DNA of 64,000 nucleotides. It comes from a virus. The position numbers and the translations under genes are program-made. Below the pieces are notes generated by a model, which worked only from the letters and a program-made list of their open reading frames with translations, made no database searches and was not told where the DNA came from. Shown here in pieces: positions 56,831-64,000 of the stretch; within the stretch, counting starts at the first letter, position 1; the number at the start of each line of letters is the position of its first letter. The DNA lies in IMG/VR virus record IMGVR_UViG_3300044726_000013, positions 15,595-79,594 of that record; one strand, given 5' to 3'.

Positions 56831-57304
56831 ATGGCACTTTACCCGGTTGCTGGTTGCAAGTTCTGGGTCAGCACCAACCCATTCGCTGAACTGCCCATTG
56901 ACGCGGTGGCGGCTGACTTTGGCTCAGTCTCATGGATTGAGGTGAAGAAATGGACCCAGATGGGCACCTTTGGTGACAGTAGTCAGTTGATCAATACTGA
57001 CCTGATCGGTGAGGGGCGCACCAAGAAACAGAAGGGCACCAAGAACGCTGGCAGCATGGCCAACGTGTTTGCCAACGACGCCACAGACCCCGGCCAGCAG
57101 AAGCTGCTGGCGGCCAGCCAGAGTTACAGCAGCTACGCCTTCAAGGTGGAGTTGAATGACAAGGTGACCACCGTCAACAGCACCCGGCTGATGTACGGTC
57201 TGGTGATGACGGCGCAGAGCGTGGGCGGCGGGGCTAACACCGTGCAGACATTCAATGCTACAGTGGAGATCAACAGCAATATTGTAGCCACCGCGCCTTC
57301 ATGA
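56831..57304 (+). CDS. Major tail tube protein, copy 2 (tandem paralogue)
   Basis: Core motifs nearly identical to the preceding gene. Confidence 0.85.
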   Translation: MALYPVAGCKFWVSTNPFAELPIDAVAADFGSVSWIEVKKWTQMGTFGDSSQLINTDLIGEGRTKKQKGTKNAGSMANVFANDATDPGQQKLLAASQSYSSYAFKVELNDKVTTVNSTRLMYGLVMTAQSVGGGANTVQTFNATVEINSNIVATAPS

Positions 57305-57762
57305 GAAAGCGCGGTAAATCTGAGGGAGAAGCAGTAGTGAACGATGTGTCTGGGTTTGACCTGTCAAGCTATGACGCCTTGCAAGAGGCGCAAGAGGCAG
57401 GTGTTGAAATTGAAATACGCGACCCTAACGGCAAGAAGCTGGGCATCACCATCAAGGTGGCCGGGCCTGACAGCACGCGCCAGCGCAAGGCCATAGAGAA
57501 GATGGCTGCTGAACGGCTGGCGTCTGATGACCCCACCCCGCTGAGCCCGCAGGAATTGTTTGACCGGCAGACGCGCGGGCTGGCATTTGCCACGTTAAGC
57601 TGGAATGAGTTCAAGCTTGACGGCAGCATCTATGCGTTGACTGAAGACAGTGCGTACAAACTCTACAGCCGCTTTCCATTCATACGTGATCAAGTGGCAG
57701 AAAAGGCGGGCAGACGCTCAGCTTTTTTCGGGCCCTTGAATACAGATGCAAGTACGCCATAG
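57301..57762 (+). CDS. Tail assembly chaperone (gpG-like)
   Basis: GITIKVAGPDS...LYSRFPFIRDQV...AFF; lies between the tube and tape measure genes. Confidence 0.85.
   Translation: MRKRGKSEGEAVVNDVSGFDLSSYDALQEAQEAGVEIEIRDPNGKKLGITIKVAGPDSTRQRKAIEKMAAERLASDDPTPLSPQELFDRQTRGLAFATLSWNEFKLDGSIYALTEDSAYKLYSRFPFIRDQVAEKAGRRSAFFGPLNTDASTP
57723..57729 (+). other. -1 programmed ribosomal frameshift slippery site T TTT TTC
   Basis: In-frame X XXY YYZ heptamer. The -1 frame is open from 57729 to 58121. Confidence 0.8.
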
Positions 57763-58121
57763 AGGAGTGGGTTGCCGGGCGCAGGCCGGTATTTCCTGAA
57801 CTAGCTGACCACATCTTTGGCTACTTCTTGGAGTTGTGTTGGACGCGGCGGCCCGGCTTTGCGGGGCCGCTACCACTTGAATACCAAGAGATTGAGGCGT
57901 GGGGCCGCCTGACCCGGCGCACGCTGGGGCAGCTAGAATTGAAGCTATTGTTGGAAATGGACACAGCTTACGTGCGTGCGCTCAGTGAAAAGAGCAAAGA
58001 CGAGGGTAATAACCCCGACATCATTGATGTTGAAGAACAGGGCCTGACGCCTGATTTGTTTGACGCCCTGTTTGTTGCCAACAACAATGACAACGTGCTG
58101 AGGAGCGCGCCTGATGGCTGA
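57729..58121 (+). CDS. Tail assembly chaperone frameshift extension (gpGT-like)
   Basis: -1 frame RALEYRCK...PLEYQEIEAWGRLT...ELKLLLEMD. Confidence 0.75.
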   Translation, partial: RALEYRCKYAIEEWVAGRRPVFPELADHIFGYFLELCWTRRPGFAGPLPLEYQEIEAWGRLTRRTLGQLELKLLLEMDTAYVRALSEKSKDEGNNPDIIDVEEQGLTPDLFDALFVANNNDNVLRSAPDG

Positions 58122-61100
58122 ACTTGGCGTAACCATCAACACCAGCACCATACCGGCGTCGCTTGACAACCTCAAGGCGGTAATCCCGGTTGCGGCGCAG
58201 GTTGAAACTGCCGTCACCAAGATGACGGAGACCACCACCCGGCAGCTTCAGCAACAAGCCACGGCGGCCAGTGAGTACGGCCAGAAGATGCAGGACGCCA
58301 TGCAGCGCCAGAGCATGGGCGGGGCCAGCGTTGGTGGCATTGACATCAGCAAGATGCAGGCGGCCATGCCCGGCATTGAGAAGCTGGGGCGTGAACTAGA
58401 CAGCCTGCGCATGAAGTATGTGCCGCTGGCCGCTGCTGAGGCCCAGCACGCAGCGGCGCTTGATGAGATAAACCGGGCGCACATGCTGGGCGCGCTGAGC
58501 GCGGCTGAGATGACGCAAGCCATAGACAAGCAGACCGCTGCGCTGGCCCGGCAGCGCGCTGCGGCTGGCGGTGCTGGCGGTGGTGCTGGCGGCGCGGCCA
58601 ACCAGAACCAGCGCATGATGCAGACCAACATGATGTACCAGTTTCAGGACATCGCGGTCACCGCAGCCATGGGCATGAGCCCGGCCATGATTGCCCTGCA
58701 ACAGGGCAGTCAGATGGCCATGAATTTCAGCGGGGCCGGGGGCATCGGCGCGGGCCTGAAGGGCATGGCCAGCGGCCTGATGGGCATGCTGAGCCCCATG
58801 ACGCTGCTGCCCATGCTGATCGTTGGCGTGGGCGCGGCCATGTACCAGTGGCTGAGCGGCAGCGGTGAGAAGGTCAAGACGCTTGATGAGAGTATAAAGG
58901 ACCACACCAAGAGCGTTGACGCCATGGCCAAGATGTACGGCGTGGCGACGGCCAGCGCGGCTGATTTTGGCAAGGTGGCCGCAATCACTGCGGCTGAGGC
59001 CCGCAAGAATAAGGAAGATATGGGGCTGAAGAGCCGCAACGCGGGCTATGAGCTATTTGGCGTACCCACAGACAAAAACGCATTTTTCAAATGGGACCAG
59101 TTTCAAGAGGGGCCATTTGGTTCAGGCGGCGGCGGTACCAAGCCCACCTTTGAGGTAGACAAGCAGTTCAAGGATTTTGAGGCCCAGATCAAGGCCCTGC
59201 AACAGGGCGTCAAGATGGGCCGCCCTGACTGGGATACCTTTGTCAATCAGGTTGACGCCATAGGCGACCAGAGCCCGCGCCTGCGCATGGTTGCAGACAT
59301 CATTCTGCTGCTGGCCAAGAACGGCGCTGAGGCAAACGCCGCTCTCAGCATGACTTACGAAAAGCTGCTGGCCATCGCCAAGGTTGACCAAGACTTGCAG
59401 ATAGCCCGCAGCAATGCCCGCACCGACGATGAGCGCGTTGACGCTGCCAGAGATATTGCTGAGTGGGAAAACCGTGCCGCCAAAGGCGTCAGTGAAGCTG
59501 CGCGTGATGCGGCCATCAGGCTGGCCATTGAAAAAGAGCAGGCCAACATCGCCCGTGAGCGGCGTGATTTTCTGGACGGTCAGCAGAAAGCTATGAATGA
59601 TCTCATAGCTAAGGAACAGCTTGAAGTTGACATCCTAGGTGAGGGCACCACTGAGCAGAAGGTGAAGCGCGCGGCTTTTGAGAAGATAGCCGAAATTCAA
59701 GAAAAGATGCGTTTGGCCAGCGCTGATGAACTTTGGCAATACGAAGAAATGATCAAACGTGTAAAGGAGTGGGCTGAAGCATACCTTGGTCTGGCCAAGA
59801 TACAGGACGATTTTAATCGGGGCATGAAAGAAGCGGGCTTTCAGGCTGAACTAAACGCCATGAATGCGCGCACCAACGCTGAGCGCATTGCGGCGGCGGC
59901 TGACGTGGCCGGGGCGGGCAAGCCGCAGGGTGCTGACACTGACCAAGAGGTTGACCACGCGCGCAGGCGCACCGCCGCCCAGATTGAAAAGGAGATGGCT
60001 GATGCCACGCGGTCACGGCATGAGGCGCTGGAAGATTTAATCAGATCATCCCAGCTTGAACTTGAACTGATTGGCAAGACCAACTCTGAGCAGCAAGCCC
60101 TGCGCAAAGAATATGAACTGGTCTTGGCGCTAAAAAAGGATGCGGCTGAGCGCGGCATTGAGGTGGCGCAGTCAGAACTTGACCTGATCCATCAACAGGT
60201 TGAGGCGTGGAAACTGCTGAATGAGGAAATAACCCGCAAGAAGCTGATTGAAGACTTGGCCTTTGAGCGCTCAGTGATGAACATGAGCGCTGAAGAGGCC
60301 GCCATAGCCCGTAAGCTGCGCGGCACCGGCATTGGCATGGATGACCCCATTGCTGATGAGATACGCAGCCAGAACCGTGAAACTGAAATACGTGAGTTTG
60401 CCCGTGGCACCGCCAAAGACTTCTTGGGCAGCTTTGCTGACGTATTGACTGAGGGCGGCGATGACATGGGTGAGCGGCTGGTTGAGGCCATGGTGGGGGC
60501 CGCCAACCGCACCTTGGACAAGATACTAGACCGGCTGCTTGATGACCTGATCAACACGCTGCTGTTTGGGCAGGGCGGCGCAGGCGGTGGCGGGGGTGAT
60601 AGTGGCGGTGGGTTGCTGGGCGGCATTGCGGACCTGATCTTTGGCAAGAAGGGTGGTGGTGGCGGTGGCGGCGGCAGCGGTGATAGCAGCGTCGTGTCTG
60701 ATCTGGTGGGCAGCATCAAGACAGGTCTGGGCGGTGATAGCGGCGGCATGGTCAGCACTGGCGGCGGTGGCGGCGGCTCAATTTCTACCGGCGCTGTGGC
60801 GCAACAGGTGTGGACCCACTTCAAGAATGAGGGCCTGCCAGATTTCCAAGTGGCGGCCATCATGGGCCACGTGCAGGCTGAAAGCGGCTTCAGGCCCGGC
60901 GTGGCTGGTGACGCGGGGGCGGCTCTGGGTCTGTTTCAATGGAATGACCGCGCCGCCGCCATGAAGGCGTTTGTGGGGTCTGATTGGAAGACTGACGTGC
61001 AGGGCCAGCTAGATTTTGCCTCACATGAATTGCATGGCAGTGAAAGCACGGCGTGGGGCGCGCTGCGCGGCTCAAGCAACCTGCGCGGGGCCACAGGGGC

Positions 61101-61926
61101 GTTTGGCGGCTTTGAACGGGCGCAAGGCTTCTCATGGGACAACCCTGAGAACATCCACAACTGGCGTGGCCGCTACGGCAACGCGCAGGCTGCATTCAAG
61201 CAGTACGGCGGCAGCGGTGATGACCATACCGCAGCCACAGAAGACATGACCAGAGCCACGGTCAAGGCCACTGAGGCCACAACCAAGACCACAAGCGCAA
61301 TGACTGACGCTGCGCGGGCCACCAAATCAGCGGCAGACAGCGTGGGTGACATGAGCGGCAGCGCGGCCAAGGCGGCTGAGGCGCTGACCAAGTTCCCAGC
61401 CGCGCCTGCGGCACCGGGCGGCGGTGGCGGCGGTGGTATTCTCAGCCAGTTGTTAGGGGGCCTGTTTGGCGGCGGTGCAAGCCACGCTGAGATGTGGGAG
61501 ATTTCACCGGCCGCCACGGCGGCCATTGAGGGTGGTTCTGGCGGCTTGTACCACAGCGGCAACGTGGGCATCAGCAGCCGCGTCTCACGTCACTTTGCCA
61601 GCATGGCACCATGGCGCGATGCCGTGCGCCTGCACGGTGGCAACATGTTTGCGGCTGATGAATACCCGGCCGTGCTGCGGCAGGGTGAGCCGGTGTTTCC
61701 GTCTATGGCGGCGGCGCAGGCCACGCTGGGTGGCAAGATGTTCGTCAACGTGCACAACTACGCTGGCGTCAACGTCAAGACCAAGCAGACCGAGGGCAAT
61801 GAGGGCGTCACTATGGACCTCATACTTGACCGCATGCAGGCCAGTAACATTGACCAGCGCGGCTCAGCAACCAACAATGCCATGCGCGGCAAGTTCGGTC
61901 TGCAAGAGCGCATGAAGATGAGGTGA
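58114..61926 (+). CDS. Tape measure protein with a phage tail lysozyme domain
   Basis: YQFQDIAV...IALQQGSQ, long helical region, AAIMGHVQAESG...GLFQW...QLDFASHEL. Confidence 0.92.
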   Translation: MAELGVTINTSTIPASLDNLKAVIPVAAQVETAVTKMTETTTRQLQQQATAASEYGQKMQDAMQRQSMGGASVGGIDISKMQAAMPGIEKLGRELDSLRMKYVPLAAAEAQHAAALDEINRAHMLGALSAAEMTQAIDKQTAALARQRAAAGGAGGGAGGAANQNQRMMQTNMMYQFQDIAVTAAMGMSPAMIALQQGSQMAMNFSGAGGIGAGLKGMASGLMGMLSPMTLLPMLIVGVGAAMYQWLSGSGEKVKTLDESIKDHTKSVDAMAKMYGVATASAADFGKVAAITAAEARKNKEDMGLKSRNAGYELFGVPTDKNAFFKWDQFQEGPFGSGGGGTKPTFEVDKQFKDFEAQIKALQQGVKMGRPDWDTFVNQVDAIGDQSPRLRMVADIILLLAKNGAEANAALSMTYEKLLAIAKVDQDLQIARSNARTDDERVDAARDIAEWENRAAKGVSEAARDAAIRLAIEKEQANIARERRDFLDGQQKAMNDLIAKEQLEVDILGEGTTEQKVKRAAFEKIAEIQEKMRLASADELWQYEEMIKRVKEWAEAYLGLAKIQDDFNRGMKEAGFQAELNAMNARTNAERIAAAADVAGAGKPQGADTDQEVDHARRRTAAQIEKEMADATRSRHEALEDLIRSSQLELELIGKTNSEQQALRKEYELVLALKKDAAERGIEVAQSELDLIHQQVEAWKLLNEEITRKKLIEDLAFERSVMNMSAEEAAIARKLRGTGIGMDDPIADEIRSQNRETEIREFARGTAKDFLGSFADVLTEGGDDMGERLVEAMVGAANRTLDKILDRLLDDLINTLLFGQGGAGGGGGDSGGGLLGGIADLIFGKKGGGGGGGGSGDSSVVSDLVGSIKTGLGGDSGGMVSTGGGGGGSISTGAVAQQVWTHFKNEGLPDFQVAAIMGHVQAESGFRPGVAGDAGAALGLFQWNDRAAAMKAFVGSDWKTDVQGQLDFASHELHGSESTAWGALRGSSNLRGATGAFGGFERAQGFSWDNPENIHNWRGRYGNAQAAFKQYGGSGDDHTAATEDMTRATVKATEATTKTTSAMTDAARATKSAADSVGDMSGSAAKAAEALTKFPAAPAAPGGGGGGGILSQLLGGLFGGGASHAEMWEISPAATAAIEGGSGGLYHSGNVGISSRVSRHFASMAPWRDAVRLHGGNMFAADEYPAVLRQGEPVFPSMAAAQATLGGKMFVNVHNYAGVNVKTKQTEGNEGVTMDLILDRMQASNIDQRGSATNNAMRGKFGLQERMKMR

Positions 61927-61930
61927 GCCC

Positions 61931-62872
61931 ATGCCGCAACTCTGGCCCACCAGCCTGCCTCAGCAGTTTCACGCAGACGGCTACCAAGACAGCTTTGCTG
62001 ACAACCGCCTGACCACCAACCCTGAACTGGGCCCGGCGCTGATCCGCTCACGCACCAGTAGCATGCCGCGCAAGCTGGGCGGCGTGATGCACATGAGCAA
62101 GGCGCAACTGATCGCGCTGCGCTACTTCTGGCGCACCAGCACGCTTGAGGGCAAACTGCCGTTCAACTTCCCTGACCCTGTGTTCGGCTACGGCTGGCGG
62201 CGCAACTGGCTGCCCAACAGCAGCAACGCGGGCGCGGTGATTGGCAACCCCGGCACGCTGCCCACAAGCTGGTCTGGCGCGGGTGTGCAGAACGGCATCA
62301 ACAAGAGCGTGATTGGCATAGGTGTTGAAGACGGCTACCAGTATGTGGACCTGCGCTACAGCGGCGTGCCCACTGGCACCGCAGGCAGTTGGAACGTGGC
62401 TGAGATACTGTTCCACCCTGCGGCGCTGACAGCCGCCAGCAACCAATCATGGACCGCCAGCCTGCACGCCCGGCTGATTGGCGGCTCAATTGACAACGTT
62501 TCACATGTCAGGATAGTGCAGTATGACAACCCCGTGACGACCAGCCAAGCCATCAACTTCAAGGACCTGCTGGATACTGACCTGCTGAAGGACCAGCGTT
62601 ACCAGCAAACGCTGAAAATGCCTGCGGCGGGGGTCAACGGCACGTGGATGCGTTTTCAGGTTTACGGCATGGTGGGCACGTCAATTGACCTGACCATCAG
62701 GCTGGCCGCGCCGCAGCTTGAGCGCCATGACAAGGCCACCGCCTACATGCAGACGCCCAATGACGCCAACCCCATTGCCCGGTTTGCTGCCGGTGGCTCA
62801 CCGCCCCAGCCCAGCCACTTGGGCGGTGACCGCTGGGCGGTGATGATGGAGTTGGAGATATTTGAACTATGA
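61931..62872 (+). CDS. Distal tail protein with an inserted beta-rich (putative carbohydrate-binding) domain
   Basis: WPTSLPQ...GPALIRSR...FW...GKLPFNFPDP, then an insert (RNWLPNS...APQLE...ATAY), then C-terminal WAVMMELE. Confidence 0.75.
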   Translation: MPQLWPTSLPQQFHADGYQDSFADNRLTTNPELGPALIRSRTSSMPRKLGGVMHMSKAQLIALRYFWRTSTLEGKLPFNFPDPVFGYGWRRNWLPNSSNAGAVIGNPGTLPTSWSGAGVQNGINKSVIGIGVEDGYQYVDLRYSGVPTGTAGSWNVAEILFHPAALTAASNQSWTASLHARLIGGSIDNVSHVRIVQYDNPVTTSQAINFKDLLDTDLLKDQRYQQTLKMPAAGVNGTWMRFQVYGMVGTSIDLTIRLAAPQLERHDKATAYMQTPNDANPIARFAAGGSPPQPSHLGGDRWAVMMELEIFEL

Positions 62873-63381
62873 GCAAGTCAACCGTCAGCCTGAACTTCAG
62901 GACTCAACTATACATGCAGGAAAGTGATGAGGTGCCAATCGCTCTACTTATCATGCGGCACCCAGACACCAATGAAGTGCTGTACCTGAGCGGTGACAAT
63001 ACCAAGGTGCTGGACACTGAGCCTGAACTGGTCTGGGGCACCATCAGCCGGGGCAAGACCTACACCTACAAGCCCATGAGCCTGCGCCTGCCCACAGATG
63101 TGGCTGACCGGCCTCCCCGGATGCACCTGATGATAGAAAACGTCACCGGCACCATGGTGGCGTGGTGCGCCAGCATGATACAGCGCGGCACCGTTGACAT
63201 TGACATCGTGACGGCCACCCAGCCTGATCTGGTGCAGATACCGTTCCCCATTATGGACATCAGGGGCTACACCCGCAACTCTGACATCATCACGTTTGAG
63301 GTGGGCCTTGACGCGGCTGAAGATGAGCCCATCCCCGCTGGTCTTTTCACCCCTGCGGGGTTCCCCGGTATGTTTGCATGA
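62869..63381 (+). CDS. Minor tail protein (DUF1833 / gpL-like)
   Basis: Position; SRGKTY...LPTD...LMIENV...EPIPAGLFTPAGFPGMF. Confidence 0.75.
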   Translation: MSKSTVSLNFRTQLYMQESDEVPIALLIMRHPDTNEVLYLSGDNTKVLDTEPELVWGTISRGKTYTYKPMSLRLPTDVADRPPRMHLMIENVTGTMVAWCASMIQRGTVDIDIVTATQPDLVQIPFPIMDIRGYTRNSDIITFEVGLDAAEDEPIPAGLFTPAGFPGMFA

Positions 63382-63791
63382 AGCCAGCGCTGACAGCCCG
63401 TGACTTTGAGCATTACGTGGGCATACCGTGGCAAGACGGCGGGCGCACGCACGCGGGCACAGATTGCTGGGGGCTGGCGCGGCTGGTCTACCGTGAGATG
63501 CTGGGCATAGAACTGCCCGCCTATAGTGAGGACTACACCACCGCCCTTGACCGCATCATCATCAGGCGGCTGATTGACAACAAGCCCGATTACTGGCTCA
63601 GGGTCGCTGAGCCTGACGTGGGTGACGGCGTGGTGTTTCACGTGGGCACGCGCGCTCACGTTGGTGTAGTAGTGGGCAATGGGCGCATGCTGCACATTGA
63701 CCGTTCTGGGGCGGTGATTGAAAGCTACGAAAGCCTGCGCTTCAGCACTCAGATAGACGGGTTCTACCGCTACAATGATGAAGCCGCTTGA
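63378..63791 (+). CDS. NlpC/P60 tail-associated peptidase (gpK-like)
   Basis: YVGIPWQDGGR...DCWGL...HVGVVVG...MLH. Confidence 0.9.
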   Translation: MKPALTARDFEHYVGIPWQDGGRTHAGTDCWGLARLVYREMLGIELPAYSEDYTTALDRIIIRRLIDNKPDYWLRVAEPDVGDGVVFHVGTRAHVGVVVGNGRMLHIDRSGAVIESYESLRFSTQIDGFYRYNDEAA

Positions 63792-64000
63792 GCCGCGCAC
63801 AGGTGAAATCTATGGCCCTGACACCATGGTCAGGTTCTTCCTGTTCAAGCACGCGCTTCAGGGTGACCGCCATGTCTGTGAGGTGCCAGCGGGCCTGAGC
63901 ATAGCTGAGGCGCTTGACCTGAGCATTGAAGACAGCGGCTGGCGTGAGCGCTACCGGCACAGCTTCACCATCTTTCTGCAAGACGGCAGCTTGGTGCCAG
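63775..64000 (+). CDS. 5' part of a probable tail tip / host-specificity protein (truncated by the window edge)
   Basis: Open frame from ATG 63775 (MMKPLEPRTGEIY...VPAGLSIAEAL) to the window end, following the NlpC/P60 gene. Confidence 0.6.
   Translation, partial: MMKPLEPRTGEIYGPDTMVRFFLFKHALQGDRHVCEVPAGLSIAEALDLSIEDSGWRERYRHSFTIFLQDGSLVP

Noticed and set aside
1-64000. Prophage boundaries, integrase, lysis cassette, primase
   Set aside because: None recognised. The window is phage sequence end to end and these genes may lie outside it, so lifestyle cannot be called.

Overview
The whole window is part of a GC-rich tailed dsDNA phage genome (siphovirus-like, YuA/M6-style gene content; the promoter style suggests an alphaproteobacterial host, which is inference). 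I saw no host genes, tRNA, CRISPR array, integrase or reverse transcriptase. It has three blocks. (1) About 1-21.7 kb, + strand: replication and DNA modification, with two UvrD-like helicases, a family A polymerase, an ExoX-like exonuclease and a 5-hydroxymethyluracil hypermodification kit. (2) About 21.8-29.9 kb, - strand: small early/accessory genes behind a repeated GCTTTACA promoter box. (3) From 30.2 kb, + strand: packaging, head and tail genes. The best candidate for a new system is a myo-inositol-1-phosphate synthase translationally coupled to an amino-acid:DNA-transferase-family gene, followed by a CX5R phosphatase, a P-loop 5-hmU DNA kinase and a dUMP hydroxymethylase. This suggests thymine hypermodified with inositol or inositol phosphate. 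Other highlights: a roughly 50-aa 'NPK' domain reused in six unrelated genes; two large putative virion-packaged effectors (Nudix/ParB-like/zincin, and an R-S-ExE ADP-ribosyltransferase) inserted with a fibre cluster between the portal and scaffold genes; and strong avoidance of CGA/TCG. All family assignments are from motif recognition by eye, with no database searches.
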